DNA of 64,000 nucleotides from an uncultured Alphaproteobacteria bacterium (GCA_963779345.1 CAVZXY010000006.1:114057-178056); one strand, 5' to 3'; counted from the first letter of the stretch, positions 9,777 to 21,153 are shown. The notes: a model not told the origin generated them from the letters alone. Numbers and translations are program-made.

Positions 9777-10063
9777 TTGCTCCTTCTGCATCCGTGGCAC
9801 TGGCGAAACATGACCACATCGCCGGCCCGCCATGCTGGCCCCTCGTTCGGGGCGTGCTCGGCTCCGAGCATCGGCACGTCTATGAGCATGAACCGCACAC
9901 ACGGCCGCGGCCATGCTGCCCACGCATGCGCCAATGCCGGAAAATGGCCCCAAAGAATCCCGATTTATCCCCGCCATGCTGTCCGCACATGACAAAATAG
10001 GAATTACTTCACATAAATCGCACGCGGCGCTCTGTTTTTGTCAATCTTTAGCGCCTATATTCG

Positions 10064-10396
10064 GGGCGCCGGGGCAACCCGGCTATGGCGATAAACGGCC
10101 GTCGTAATAAACCTTTCGGACCCGGGGGCAGTACCCGGCGCCTCCACCCAAACCCTGGCCTTCGGTCATGAAGGAGGGCTTCGGCGGGGGCGAAATAGGA
10201 TCGACGAGGGCGTAAAGGACGGACTTTTGCTCGGCATGGTACCGCCGTTATCGGGCCGTCTCATAGTTGCAAACGACAACTATGCTCCGGTTGCTCTGGC
10301 CGCGTAAGCGGTCCGACTAACCAAGCCTACAAGTCCTAGCCGTCTTAGCAGCGGTTAGGCGGGGTTCGGAGGCACCTGGCAACAGAAGCCTCCACT
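10064..10396 (+). ncRNA. ssrA: tmRNA, circularly permuted two-piece form
   Basis: Acceptor piece ends ...GGCGCCTCCACC (~10148), then a spacer, then the coding piece from GGGGGCGAAATAGGATCGAC at 10186 (G3:U70 pair). Tag (A)ANDNYAPVALAA* at 10269-10307. Outer ends approximate. Confidence 0.95.
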
Positions 10397-10504
10397 TTCG
10401 TCCGGGGGCAGCCATTCCCGTTCATGACAGCGGCCAAAAGCCGGGATAGCGTCAAGCGCCTGCGCCGCGCTAGCATTGTGCGAATCTCAGTCCAGACGTA
10501 AGCC

Positions 10505-11068
10505 ATGACCGACCATTTCCGCTACGATCTTCTGACCCAGCAGGCCCTGCGCGGCGTGGTCCGTGCCGTCCTCGCCGATGCCGCCAAGAAGAAAGGCCTA
10601 CCGGGCGACCACCATTTCTACATTTCGTTCGACACCAACGCCGAGGGCGTGCGGATGTCGGAGCGCTTACGCGTGCAGTATCCCGAGCAGATGACCATCA
10701 TCCTGCAGCACCAATTCTGGGATCTGGCCGTCACCGAGCGCGCCTTCGAGGTCGGCCTGTCGTTCGGCGGCGTTCCAGAAAAACTCGGCATTCCGTTCGA
10801 GGCAGTCACCGGTTTCTTCGACCCGTCGGTGCAGTTCGGCCTGCAATTCGAAGAAGTGACCGAAGGCGAGGAGCGCCAATCCCCGGCCAACGTGCAGGAC
10901 AAGCCGGTCAAGAAGAAGCGCGTCACGCCGCCAGTGCCCGCCGTCGCCGCTCCCGCGCCATCGCCGGTAGTGGCTGCGAGCCCCGCGGCGCGAGCCGAGC
11001 CCGGCCCCGACAAACCGGTAAGCGGCGCCGAAGTGGTCCGCCTCGACCGCTTCCGCAAGAAGAAATAA
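10505..11068 (+). CDS. sspB: ClpXP adaptor SspB (alphaproteobacterial)
   Basis: GLPGDHHFYISF, YPEQMTIILQHQFWDL, C-terminal VVRLDRFRKK; adjacent to ssrA. Confidence 0.92.
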   Translation: MTDHFRYDLLTQQALRGVVRAVLADAAKKKGLPGDHHFYISFDTNAEGVRMSERLRVQYPEQMTIILQHQFWDLAVTERAFEVGLSFGGVPEKLGIPFEAVTGFFDPSVQFGLQFEEVTEGEERQSPANVQDKPVKKKRVTPPVPAVAAPAPSPVVAASPAARAEPGPDKPVSGAEVVRLDRFRKKK

Positions 11069-11117
11069 GCGCTAAGCCCATCTTTTCGCCGGCCCGCCTG
11101 CGGGCTTACAGTCGGGC

Positions 11118-12545
11118 ATGACCAATCAACCCGGCAAAGTCCGCCAAAAAACCCGCGAAAAAACGCGTATCGAGAGCGATGCCTTCGGGCCGCTCGCCAT
11201 CCCAGCCGACAAATTATGGGGCGCGCAAACCGAGCGCTCGCTGCACAACTTCCGCATCGGCACCGAACGCATGCCGATCGAAATCGTCCGCGCGCTCGGC
11301 CTGATCAAACGCGCCGCGGCCGAGGTCAATCGCGATCTCGGCTCGCTCGACGCTAGGCGCGCCAAGGCCATCGCCGCGGTGGCGCAGGATATCGCCGACG
11401 GCAAGCTGGACGACCATTTCCCGCTGCTGGTGTGGCAGACCGGCTCCGGCACGCAAACCAACATGAACGTCAACGAGGTGATCGCCAACGCCGCCAATGT
11501 CGCGCTCGGCGGCGAACTCGGCGCGAAAAAGCCGGTGCACCCGAACGATCACGTCAATATGAGCCAGTCGTCCAACGACTCGATCCCGACCGCGATGCAC
11601 ATCGCCGCCGCCATGGAAATCCACCGCCATTTGCTGCCGGCGCTCGCACACCTGCACGCCGCACTCGACAAAAAGGCCAGGCAATTCGCCAAGATCGTCA
11701 AGATCGGCCGCACCCACACCATGGATGCGACCCCACTCACGCTGGGCCAAGAGTTCTCCGGCTACGCGGCGCAGGTGAAATCTTCGGTCGCCCGGCTCAA
11801 GCTGGCGCAGCGCGAGCTTTATCCCCTCGCCCAAGGTGGCACCGCGGTCGGCACGGGCTTGAATTCCAAGCCGCAATTCGCCAGAGCTTTCGCCAAGCGC
11901 ATTGCGCAACTCACCAAACTTCCCTTCGTCAGTGCGCCGAACAAATTCGAGCACATGGCTGGGCACGACGCCTATGTGTTCGTGCACGGCGCGCTCTCCG
12001 CCGCCGCGACTGCGCTGTTCAAGATCGCCAACGACATCCGCCTGCTCGGCTCCGGCCCGCGCTCGGGGCTCGGCGAGTTGATCCTGCCGTCTAACGAACT
12101 CGGTTCTTCGATCATGCCAGGCAAGACCAATCCGACGCAGACCGAAGCGCTGACGATGGTCTGCTGCCAGGTGTTCGGCAATCAGACCACCGTCACGGTC
12201 GCCGGCAGTCAGGGCCATTTCGAACTCAACGTCTACAAGCCAGTGCTGGCTTTTTGCATGATGCAATCGATCCGCCTGCTCGGCGACGCCGTCCGCTCAT
12301 TCACCGACAATTGCGTCGTCGGCATCCGCGCCAACGAGCCGCGCATCCGCGAATTGATGCGGCGCTCGCTGATGCTGGTGACCGCGTTGTCGCCGCACAT
12401 CGGCTACGACAAGGCGGCGCAGGTGGCCAAAGCGGCGCACGCTAATGGAACCACGTTACGCGAAGAAGCGGTGCGGCTCGGCTATATCAGCGGCGCCGAA
12501 TTCGACCGGCTGGTGCGCCCCGAACGGATGACCCGGCCACACTAA
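11118..12545 (+). CDS. fumC: Class II fumarate hydratase
   Basis: [33 protein letters not shown]. Confidence 0.95.
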   Translation: MTNQPGKVRQKTREKTRIESDAFGPLAIPADKLWGAQTERSLHNFRIGTERMPIEIVRALGLIKRAAAEVNRDLGSLDARRAKAIAAVAQDIADGKLDDHFPLLVWQTGSGTQTNMNVNEVIANAANVALGGELGAKKPVHPNDHVNMSQSSNDSIPTAMHIAAAMEIHRHLLPALAHLHAALDKKARQFAKIVKIGRTHTMDATPLTLGQEFSGYAAQVKSSVARLKLAQRELYPLAQGGTAVGTGLNSKPQFARAFAKRIAQLTKLPFVSAPNKFEHMAGHDAYVFVHGALSAAATALFKIANDIRLLGSGPRSGLGELILPSNELGSSIMPGKTNPTQTEALTMVCCQVFGNQTTVTVAGSQGHFELNVYKPVLAFCMMQSIRLLGDAVRSFTDNCVVGIRANEPRIRELMRRSLMLVTALSPHIGYDKAAQVAKAAHANGTTLREEAVRLGYISGAEFDRLVRPERMTRPH

Positions 12546-12925
12546 GTCGTATTCCGGACATTCAAGTGTACCGTGGGCGGGTGGGCAGCTTTCCCAATAC
12601 TATTCTATCCCCGCATGACCTCGAATCCTGCAACCCGGCGTGACGGGAGACGGTCAGTTATTGTCGCTCGCAGGAAGCCGGCTAGTAGTTCTTATAATCG
12701 TCATACTATACATTTGCGACGCCGTGAAAATTTCAAACTTATATCGGCTTTTGCTAGTAATGTTCACAATTGAACACGCATATAAATTTGCGGTTTTCTC
12801 ACAGCTTAGTGAAATACTATCGGTAGCCTGGTGTCTGCGATAAGACTATCCTGAAGACCACGTGCCTGATGCATCCCGGTGGGTGAGCGAGCGGGATGTA
12901 TTTTGATACCGCCAAAGGGGAAGGC

Positions 12926-13114
12926 ATGGCTGAGTTGGTCAATCTTCGACTCGCGCGGAAGCGAGCCACGAAGCGGCAGGATGAGCTGCGCGCAGAAGGC
13001 AATCGTCTTGCCCACGGACAGCCCAAACATCGGCGCAAGATCGAGGCCGCGCGGCAGGCGAAAGCGAGCCGCGATCTCGACCTGCACCGGATCGATCAGG
13101 GAGGCGAGGAATGA
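12926..13114 (+). CDS. DUF4169 family protein
   Basis: MAELVNLRLARK...NRLAHG; ATGA overlap with the RHH gene. Confidence 0.8.
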   Translation: MAELVNLRLARKRATKRQDELRAEGNRLAHGQPKHRRKIEAARQAKASRDLDLHRIDQGGEE

Positions 13115-13389
13115 AATCTCCTGTTGTCAAACGTTCGATCGTGATCGCGGGGCACAAGACCAGCGTCAGTCTCGAAGATGCGTTTTGGGCGAGCCTGAAA
13201 GAGATTGCCGGCCACCGCGACATAACGCTGTCTGACATGGTAGCTTCGATCGATACGGGTCGCCACGCCGGCAATTTGTCATCGGCGATCCGCCTGTTCG
13301 TGCTCGATCACTATCGTGCGCAACTCAACGGCGGCGCGGCGCGCGAGACGGATGGCAAGCGCGTGGCGTCAATTCTGCGAGCCGATTGA
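13111..13389 (+). CDS. Ribbon-helix-helix domain protein
   Basis: KRSIVIAGHKTSVSLEDAFW...NLSSAIRLFVL. Confidence 0.88.
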   Translation: MKSPVVKRSIVIAGHKTSVSLEDAFWASLKEIAGHRDITLSDMVASIDTGRHAGNLSSAIRLFVLDHYRAQLNGGAARETDGKRVASILRAD

Positions 13390-16300
13390 AGCCGCAGGCG
13401 AACGTCGCGGCCCTGGCGGCCGCGCAACCTCGACCGGCGCCGGCAGAACGGGCGCCAGTTCGCTCTTCGGTTTAGGCGCCGGCGGTTGCGCCTGGCGCTG
13501 CGTATTTTCCATTTCGCGAATTTGCCGCGCCTGATTTTCAACCGCGCGCAATGTCAGCCAACCTGTCAACGCCGAGACGTCGATGCTGCGTGCCGGCGAC
13601 GCCAACGGTCCCTTCAACGCCATGAAAATATCCGGCCGTGCGCCGCCGGCCTGCCCCGATCCCGACAGCACGAGCCGCGCGTCGAGCGAGCCGTCGGTGA
13701 GATCGAGAATGCCAGCGATCGACAGCGCGGCATCTTTGCCGCCGACGGTGGCATTGCTCAGCCGCACCTGTCCGGCGCTCATCGCGAGCGTTCCATCGGC
13801 GTGTTTGACGGCAAGCTGGCCGCTGTCCAAGGCCTTGTCCACCGCATCGGAAATGCGGGTGGCATCGATCGGCAACCCCTGATCCACCGCACGGGTGACC
13901 GCATCGAACGTGCGCGGATCAAGGCCTGCCAATTGCCCATCGCTGAGCGCAACCTTGCCGGCGCCTCGCAGCGAACCGATCAGCGCGACCGGGCTCAAGC
14001 CGCTGCCTTCGACTTCGGCGGATAAAGCGAGCAAGCCGGTCACCGGTGGCCGCGCGGCGGACGGCAGCAGACTGGCCGCATCGACGCCGGTCAGCGAAAT
14101 CTTGCCATGCGCTTTCAAACCATCTTCGGCGGAGCGGAACGACAGTGCGCCGGCCAGGTGTCCGCCGGAGATGTCGGCGGTCGCATCGTCGACGGCAAAG
14201 CCGTCTTTATCGAAACGCAAATTGGCGCGGAACTCCCGTGCGGTCAGCCGCGGCAGCAGTGCGACTTGGCGCGCCTTCAAGGCGATCTCGCCATTGAATG
14301 CGCCAAACAGGCCGGCACCAAACGGCTCGCTCGACCAGGCCCAGGCCGCGCTGCCGTTGCTGCTGGCCGCCGCTACCGGCAGGCCAATCGCCGATGCGAT
14401 CAGCGGCGGCGCGTCGACCGTATCAGCGTCGAGCGCTCCGGAAACCTTGTGCGGCGTTTGCCCATCGAAGGCAAGATTGCCGCGAATCGTCGCGCCGCCA
14501 AGCCGCGCGTCGAGGTCGCTAAAGCTCACGGCGCGATCGGCGATGACGACGCGCGAATTCAGGCTGAACGGCAAGGGCTCGCCGCTATCCGCCATGCCGG
14601 CGGGTCGTAGCGGGCGCAGATCGGCCTTGGCGACCTGCAAAGTCGATGTCAGTTGCAGGCCCTTGTCCAACGAGAAGCGTCCGTGCCCGGTGCCCTGCGC
14701 GAGCAGCGCGCCCGCACTCAAGCGCAGATCAATGCTCTGATCGCGATCGGCGCGGCCTTCCACCAGCAGTTTGATCTGGCCTGCGCCCTTGCCCGCCGCC
14801 AGATAACGATCAAGACCGATGAGGTTGAGCAATGCCGCGCCATCCGGAGCATCGATTGTGCCGTCGAAACGGATATTGGCCGCGGCCGGTTTCGCCCAGT
14901 CGCCGCTCATGCGCCCGCGCGCATCGATTTTCATCGCATCGACGGCGCCGGTGACCGCCACTTGCGCCACCGTAACCGATGTTTGCTTGTCGCCGGTCAC
15001 ATCGAGAGTGGCATGCAGCTTGGCTTGGTTGACGCGGTCGAGCAGGCCGGCCGCCGGCATTGCCGCCTTGGGTGCGAATTTTTCCACCAGCGCCGCGATC
15101 GCCGCCGCCTGCCTGGATTCAAAATCGAGCGTGAGCGAGCCGCGCGGCGAATGTCCGCTGGTGTCGATGCGTCCGCTCGCGGAGAAGCTGCCGCCACCGA
15201 GATCGGCGACGGCCAGCCGATCGATCTGCACGCCGCCGCCATCGACCTTCACTCTTGCGCTCGCGTCACGGGCAACGAATCCGGCAACGGTGGCGCGGCC
15301 GATATCGGCGGCGATCGTCATGTCGTGCGGCCGCTCGATCTGCGAGCCGGCGAGCAGCGCGTGCCCGAAAGCAAGCGCAGTGTCGATATCGAGTTCGGGC
15401 GCGTTGAGCGCGGCATCGAGCTTGGCTGCCTGCTTGCCGGACGCGAACACATAAGCGAGGCGGCCGGTGACGGTTTTGTGGTCGAGTGCGGCCCGCAGGC
15501 GCTCGACCGCAAACTTGTCGCTGCCGAAGGTGACGTCGCCGCGCAGGGTCAAGGGTCGCACGTCGCCTTGCGTGGTGTCCGCACGCCCTTCAAGCCAAGC
15601 GGCCAGCATCTTGGGATCGCCGGCCTCTAGCTCGGCCGGCCCTGTAAAGCTGACGCCGTCGCCTTTGACGGCAAGGTGCCCGCTCAGCTTCACTTGCGTA
15701 AATCCGGGCGCGCGGAACTCGAAACGATCGAGATTCCATCCGCCGGCATCGGTGCTGATGTCGCCGCGCAGATTGGCGACGCTATTGCCGCCGAGCATGA
15801 CCTGGTCGATGCCGATGCCAATCCGGATCGGAATGGCGGGCCGGAAGGCGCCTCCCGCCAATTGCGCGATCCTGCGGATAGCCGCGGCCGGCGGCGGCCG
15901 GGTGCCGTCCGCGGCGGCAAGCGCGCGGTCGAGATCAATTTGCCGACCGGATAGCACGCCATCGAAGCGTGGGCGCTTGCCGAACTGGAAGTCGGCGACG
16001 CCGGTGAGCTTTACTCCCTGATCTTCCGACCCGTACTGGAATTCGAACTGCTGCATCAGCGCCGAGGCCGCGCTGACTTTGATCTTGCCGCCCAGATGCC
16101 AGGGCTGGCTTACGGTCTCGCCGTATTGCGCAGCGCCGCGCGCGGCGATCTCAACCGGCCGCGTCAGATTCAGCGTGCCGTCGAATTTCGGTTTGGCCCC
16201 GGCAAGCGTCAGCGTGCCGTCGGCGACGATACTGAGCGGCCGGCTGACCGGATCGACATTGACGCGCAGCTTGAGCGCGCCATCCTCGGTGTAGCGGCCG

Positions 16301-16890
16301 GTCGCGAGCCGGAACGGATAAAGCTCGCCGCCAACGGTGGCCGCGCCCTCGCCCTTGAACGGGCCGAACAGCGAGCGCGCCTCGCCATTGAACCAAACAC
16401 CTTGCAGCGTGGCACGGGCGCCGTTCGCCGCGTCGGTGAGGGTAACCGTGCCGTCCTCGACGTTCAACCGATCGATCGACAGGTTGTCCGCGTTGAATTT
16501 GATCGCCAGCTCCGGAGTCCTTACCTGTCCCGACGCATCGAGGCCGAGACTCAACTTCGGGCCGACCAGATGCACGTCGGACGCTTGCCATTCGCCGCGC
16601 ATCAGCGGTCCGAGTGCGAATTCGAAACTGAGCAGGCGCGCGCGGATCTTGCCCTCGCCGCCGTTGCCGATCTCGATATCGTGCAGCGTGAGCGACGGCG
16701 TCGGCAGCAACCGCGCCTCGATCGGGCCGGCAACTCGCACGTCGACGCCGATCAGGCGGCTTGCTTCCGCCTCGAACAACGAGCGGTGGGTGCCCCAATC
16801 GATCAGCAGCGGACCGACCAGCGCCGCCACCATCGCCAGAATGATCGCGATTGCCAATCCGAGCAGTGTGTTCTGCAACGCCAACTCCAA
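13369..16890 (-). CDS. AsmA family protein
   Basis: 1173 aa; N-terminal TM anchor and repeated beta-strand pattern; start may be the TTG at 16878. Confidence 0.85.
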   Translation of the reverse strand: MELALQNTLLGLAIAIILAMVAALVGPLLIDWGTHRSLFEAEASRLIGVDVRVAGPIEARLLPTPSLTLHDIEIGNGGEGKIRARLLSFEFALGPLMRGEWQASDVHLVGPKLSLGLDASGQVRTPELAIKFNADNLSIDRLNVEDGTVTLTDAANGARATLQGVWFNGEARSLFGPFKGEGAATVGGELYPFRLATGRYTEDGALKLRVNVDPVSRPLSIVADGTLTLAGAKPKFDGTLNLTRPVEIAARGAAQYGETVSQPWHLGGKIKVSAASALMQQFEFQYGSEDQGVKLTGVADFQFGKRPRFDGVLSGRQIDLDRALAAADGTRPPPAAAIRRIAQLAGGAFRPAIPIRIGIGIDQVMLGGNSVANLRGDISTDAGGWNLDRFEFRAPGFTQVKLSGHLAVKGDGVSFTGPAELEAGDPKMLAAWLEGRADTTQGDVRPLTLRGDVTFGSDKFAVERLRAALDHKTVTGRLAYVFASGKQAAKLDAALNAPELDIDTALAFGHALLAGSQIERPHDMTIAADIGRATVAGFVARDASARVKVDGGGVQIDRLAVADLGGGSFSASGRIDTSGHSPRGSLTLDFESRQAAAIAALVEKFAPKAAMPAAGLLDRVNQAKLHATLDVTGDKQTSVTVAQVAVTGAVDAMKIDARGRMSGDWAKPAAANIRFDGTIDAPDGAALLNLIGLDRYLAAGKGAGQIKLLVEGRADRDQSIDLRLSAGALLAQGTGHGRFSLDKGLQLTSTLQVAKADLRPLRPAGMADSGEPLPFSLNSRVVIADRAVSFSDLDARLGGATIRGNLAFDGQTPHKVSGALDADTVDAPPLIASAIGLPVAAASSNGSAAWAWSSEPFGAGLFGAFNGEIALKARQVALLPRLTAREFRANLRFDKDGFAVDDATADISGGHLAGALSFRSAEDGLKAHGKISLTGVDAASLLPSAARPPVTGLLALSAEVEGSGLSPVALIGSLRGAGKVALSDGQLAGLDPRTFDAVTRAVDQGLPIDATRISDAVDKALDSGQLAVKHADGTLAMSAGQVRLSNATVGGKDAALSIAGILDLTDGSLDARLVLSGSGQAGGARPDIFMALKGPLASPARSIDVSALTGWLTLRAVENQARQIREMENTQRQAQPPAPKPKSELAPVLPAPVEVARPPGPRRSPAASIGSQN

Positions 16891-17003
16891 CGCTGATCCG
16901 CGTTCCGCCGCGCGCTCGCGCTCAACGATGTGAAATGTACGCCACTTCTGCCGGTTTTGGCGGCAAATCTATGTCGCGCTCCCCGGAATGACGAGGCGCG
17001 ACC

Positions 17004-18425
17004 TCAGTCGAGCGCGACGATCTTGCCCGGATTCATGATGTTCTGCGGGTCGAGCGCGCGCTTGATCGCCGCCATAGCGGCGAGCGCTGGCGCGCCGTGC
17101 TCGGCCTTGAGATATTTCATCTTGCCCTGCCCGACGCCGTGTTCGCCCGTGCAGGTGCCGTCCATCGACAGCGCCAGTTCGACCACGCGTTCCATCAGGA
17201 TGCCGGCGCGTTTGACCTCGTCGGCATCGGCCATGCCGACCAGCAGCGACAGGTGAAAATTGCCGTCGCCGACATGGCCGAGGATCGGCGCGACCAGATT
17301 GAGCTCGGCGATGGCGCGCTGGCTGGCGGTAACGCATTCGGCCAGCCGCGAGATCGGCACGCAGACGTCGGTGGCGAAAGCCTGTGCGCCCGGACGCAGG
17401 TGACGCGCCGCCCAATAGCCATCATGACGCGCCTGCCAGAGCCGGGTGCGGTCCTCCGGCTTGGTCGCCCAGTCGAACGGCCCGCCGCCGAGTTCGGCGA
17501 CGATCTCGCCGAAGCGCTGCGACTGCTCGGCGACGCCGGCGTCGCTGCCGTGGAATTCGACGAACAGCGTCGGCACTTCCGGCAGCGACAATTTCGAGTA
17601 GGCGTTGACCGCCTTAATCTGCAGGGCGTCGAGCAATTCGATACGCGCGACCGGGATGCCGTGCTGGATCGTCAGGATGGCCGCCTTGCAGGCGGCGTCG
17701 ACGGAAGGGAACGGGCAGACGCCGGAGGCGATCGCTTCCGGAATGCCCGACAGCTTGAGCGTCAGCTCGGTGATGACGCCGAGCGTGCCTTCCGAACCGA
17801 CCATCAGCCGCGTGAGATCGTAGCCGGCCGACGATTTCTTGGCGCGGCGCGAGGTGGTCATCAGCTCGCCATCGGGCATCACCACCTTCATCGCCAGCAC
17901 GTTGTCCTTCATCGTACCGTAGCGCACCGCATTGGTGCCCGAGCAGCGCGTCGCCGCCATGCCGCCGAGGGAAGCGTCGGCACCCGGATCGATGGGAAAG
18001 AACAGGCCCTGGTCGCGCAGTTGCTCATTGAGCGCCTTGCGGGTGATGCCGGGCTCGACCACACAATCGAGATCCTCGGCATGGACGGCCAGCACCTTGT
18101 TCATGTCGCGGAAATCGACCGAGACGCCGCCGAGCGGTGCGTTGATGTGGCCCTCGAGCGAGGTACCGACGCCGAACGGGATCACCGGCGCGCCGTGGCT
18201 GGCGCAAATACGCACGATCTTCTGCACATCGTCGGTCGTCTGCGGAAAGACCACCGCATCGGGGGGCTGATTGGGAACCCAGGTCAGCGTGTTGCCGTGC
18301 TGCTCGCGCACCGCCTGCGACGTGACCACGCGGTTGCCGAAGGCCGCGGTCAAATCGCGCACGGCATCTGCGATCGCCGCTGGATTGCGGCGTTGCTCCT
18401 GCTCGGCAAATTTGGCAACCGCCAT
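17004..18425 (-). CDS. FAD-linked oxidase (D-lactate dehydrogenase/GlcD family)
   Basis: GTSLEGH, GSEGTLG, GHVGDGNFH, GEHGVG, IMNPGK. Confidence 0.92.
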   Translation of the reverse strand: MAVAKFAEQEQRRNPAAIADAVRDLTAAFGNRVVTSQAVREQHGNTLTWVPNQPPDAVVFPQTTDDVQKIVRICASHGAPVIPFGVGTSLEGHINAPLGGVSVDFRDMNKVLAVHAEDLDCVVEPGITRKALNEQLRDQGLFFPIDPGADASLGGMAATRCSGTNAVRYGTMKDNVLAMKVVMPDGELMTTSRRAKKSSAGYDLTRLMVGSEGTLGVITELTLKLSGIPEAIASGVCPFPSVDAACKAAILTIQHGIPVARIELLDALQIKAVNAYSKLSLPEVPTLFVEFHGSDAGVAEQSQRFGEIVAELGGGPFDWATKPEDRTRLWQARHDGYWAARHLRPGAQAFATDVCVPISRLAECVTASQRAIAELNLVAPILGHVGDGNFHLSLLVGMADADEVKRAGILMERVVELALSMDGTCTGEHGVGQGKMKYLKAEHGAPALAAMAAIKRALDPQNIMNPGKIVALD

Positions 18426-18500
18426 AAAAAGTGTCCTCTGCTAGATCCTTGGCACGGACGTTAGCAGAGGATGCCGCGGGGGTGAAACGCGGGAAACCGT

Positions 18501-19265
18501 TCAGGTCGATTGCCGCACGTCGGCGGCGTCTCGCGAAGGCTTGGCCGGGAGCGGCAAGATCATGCTCACCTGCCGGCGGTAATTGCGGTATTGGTCGCCG
18601 AATACCGCAATGAGGTCGCGTTCCTCGAGCGCGATGCCGACGAAGATGTAGGCCGTGGTCACCGCGGCGAACAGCAGATGTCCACCGGTCATCATCGGCG
18701 TCGCCCAGAAAGCGACGATGAAGCCGAGATAGATCGGGTGACGCACCAGTTTGTAGAACAGCGGCGTGCGGAAGTGCGGCGCCGGCATCGGCTTACCAGC
18801 GAGATTGTTGGCGACCTGGTGCAGACCGAACAGTTCGAAGTGGTTGATCAAGAATGTGCTCGAGAGCACGATCAGCCAGCCGACCGCTTCCAACACCATG
18901 AGCGTCATGGCGGCGGCTGGATTGTTAACTTGCCAGATCACTGCGGGAATCGGCCGCCACTGCCAGAGCAGCAGAATCAGCGCCAGGCTGGCGGCTAGCA
19001 CGTAGGTGCTGCGCTCGATTGCGCGCGGAATGATCTTCGTCCATGCCCGCTTGAACTGCGGGCGCGCCATGATGCTGTGCTGGAGAGCAAACACCGACAT
19101 AAGCACGACGTCGATGATCACCGCCGCGGTCAATGACGTCGTCGGCCCCATGTCGATGGTCTTCGGCACGCCGATGCCGGCGATAAAACCGATGGCGTAA
19201 ACGAATGTCGTGAAGAACACGAGATAAGCTGCGATGCCATAGAGGAATCCCAATAAGCGTCCCAC
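18501..19265 (-). CDS. mddA: Methanethiol S-methyltransferase (ICMT/NnrU-like membrane methyltransferase)
   Basis: QHSIMARP, IERSTYVL, FLINHFELFGL, VRHPIYLGF, WATP, LEERDL. Confidence 0.82.
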   Translation of the reverse strand: MGRLLGFLYGIAAYLVFFTTFVYAIGFIAGIGVPKTIDMGPTTSLTAAVIIDVVLMSVFALQHSIMARPQFKRAWTKIIPRAIERSTYVLAASLALILLLWQWRPIPAVIWQVNNPAAAMTLMVLEAVGWLIVLSSTFLINHFELFGLHQVANNLAGKPMPAPHFRTPLFYKLVRHPIYLGFIVAFWATPMMTGGHLLFAAVTTAYIFVGIALEERDLIAVFGDQYRNYRRQVSMILPLPAKPSRDAADVRQST

Positions 19266-19443
19266 GGGGTCTCTCCTTTTCTGAAGCCGAACGGGTGCGG
19301 CGGCTACGCCACGTGGACGGAGGATGCGCGGCGGCCTGCGGAAAGGCTTTGACTGGCGCTTGATTTACCCGTGAGATGACCTTGATTCTTGGTCCAGATG
19401 GCACCTGATCACCCATCACCGCAGAGGCCCGCGAGAGGGGAAT

Positions 19444-20997
19444 TTGCTTTATTGTTTCGAGACTTACGCACTCGATACAGACACGCGCGAACTCAAGCGC
19501 GGTCACGAAGCTGTTGCGCTCGAACCACAGGTGTTCGATCTCCTGGTCTACCTGATCGAGAATCGTGACCGGGTCGTCAGCAAGGACAACCTGATCGCTT
19601 CGGTCTGGGCCGGCCGGGTCGTGTCCGATTCGACGCTGACCAGCCGTATCAACGCCGCGCGCAAGGCGATCGGCGACAGCGGCGAGCAGCAGAGCCTGAT
19701 CCGCACCGTCGCGCGTAAAGGGCTACGTTTCATCGGCACTTTGCAGGATCAGGTTCCAGCACCGCCCGCCATCGTGTCGACGGATGCGGCCCGGCCGATC
19801 TTCACCTTGCCCGACCGGCCGTCGATCGCCGTTTTGCCCTTCGTCAATATGAGTGGCGATCCGGAGCAAGAGTATTTCTCCGACGGCATCAGCGAGGACA
19901 TCATCACCGCGCTGTCCAAGCTGCGCTGGTTCTTCGTGATCGCCCGCAACTCGTCCTTCATTTACAAAGGCAGAGCCGTGCATCTGAAGCAGATCGCCGA
20001 AGAGCTCGGCGTCGGCTATGCGGTCGAGGGCAGTGTGCGCAAGGCCGGCGACCGCGTGCGCATCACCGCGCAGCTCAACGACGCCGGCACCGGCAGCCAC
20101 ATCTGGGCCGAGCGCTACGACCGCAGTCTCGCCGACGTGTTCGCGGTGCAAGACGAGATCACCGAGGCGATCGTGGCGGCGATCGAGCCTCAACTCTACG
20201 CCGCCGAGAATTTCCGCGCCCAGCGCAAGCCGCCCGAAAGTTTGGACGCCTGGGACCTGGTCATGCGCGCACTGTCGCATTTCTGGCGTGTGACGCGGCA
20301 GGATAACGTGGTCGCGCAAGCGCTGCTCGAAAAGGCAATTGCCATCGATCCCAATTACGGCCAAGCACTCGGCGTGCTCGCCAGTAGCTACATGTTCAGC
20401 GCCCATATGGGTTGGGTCGACATGGCGGTCGCGGCGCCGATCGCGGAACGCGCCGCGCTCGCCGCGATCCAGCGCGACAGCGAAGACCCGTGGGCGCACC
20501 TTGCGCTCGGCAATGTCTACATGATGGCGCGCCGGTTTGACGATGCGCTTGCCGAGTATGAGCTCGCATTGCGGCTCAATCCGAACTTCGCGCTGGCGCA
20601 GGCCTATTACGGGCTGTCGCTGTCCTACAACGGCCGTTGGCAAGAGGCCGACGAAGCGGTGCACCGCGCCATTCACCTCAGTCCGCGTGACCCGTATTCT
20701 GCGGTCTATAGCGGCATCGCGGCTTATACACAGTTTGTCGGACGCAATTACGAAGAAGCCATCGCTTTAGCGCGCGAGTCGCTGCGGCAGCGTAATGATT
20801 TCGTCGGCGCGCATCGCGTGCTCACCGCCGCCGCCGGCATGGCCGGAAAAGCGGATCTCGCGCACCAAGCATTGCAGGAATTACGCCGGACGCAGCCGAA
20901 CGTCTCCCTCGCCTGGATCGCCGCCAACATGCCGATCCGACATGACGCCGACCGCACGCATTATCTTGAGGGATTTCGCAAGGCCGGGCTCGATTAG
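19444..20997 (+). CDS. wHTH (CadC-like)-TolB-like-TPR transcriptional regulator
   Basis: Trans_reg_C N-terminus, PSIAVLPF.N.SGDPEQEYFSDG motif, TPR repeats; divergent from mddA. Confidence 0.88.
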   Translation: MLYCFETYALDTDTRELKRGHEAVALEPQVFDLLVYLIENRDRVVSKDNLIASVWAGRVVSDSTLTSRINAARKAIGDSGEQQSLIRTVARKGLRFIGTLQDQVPAPPAIVSTDAARPIFTLPDRPSIAVLPFVNMSGDPEQEYFSDGISEDIITALSKLRWFFVIARNSSFIYKGRAVHLKQIAEELGVGYAVEGSVRKAGDRVRITAQLNDAGTGSHIWAERYDRSLADVFAVQDEITEAIVAAIEPQLYAAENFRAQRKPPESLDAWDLVMRALSHFWRVTRQDNVVAQALLEKAIAIDPNYGQALGVLASSYMFSAHMGWVDMAVAAPIAERAALAAIQRDSEDPWAHLALGNVYMMARRFDDALAEYELALRLNPNFALAQAYYGLSLSYNGRWQEADEAVHRAIHLSPRDPYSAVYSGIAAYTQFVGRNYEEAIALARESLRQRNDFVGAHRVLTAAAGMAGKADLAHQALQELRRTQPNVSLAWIAANMPIRHDADRTHYLEGFRKAGLD

Positions 20998-21018
20998 ACT
21001 AGGCGCGGCAAGCCTGCT

Positions 21019-21153
21019 TCAGCACCACCAGTATACGACCGGCTGCTCGGTCGCCGGCGCGACCGGACTGCTTTTTCCCGGAGACATCGCCCAGGCCACG
21101 ACCATGCCCGCGACAATGAGCATGTACGCTCCGCGCGCCAATCGTCCGATCAT
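21019..21153 (-). CDS. Small (44 aa) hypothetical membrane/secreted protein ending YWWC
   Basis: GGAGG RBS upstream of ATG 21153; hydrophobic N-terminal half. Confidence 0.5.
   Translation of the reverse strand: MIGRLARGAYMLIVAGMVVAWAMSPGKSSPVAPATEQPVVYWWC

Noticed and set aside
9777-9995. Possible zinc-ribbon gene (CGSC/CHGC in different frames)
   Set aside because: Needs a frameshift and has no clear RBS; too weak to call
10064-10396. Prophage or island integrated at tmRNA
   Set aside because: No integrase and no duplicated tmRNA end seen; ssrA-sspB-fumC is contiguous
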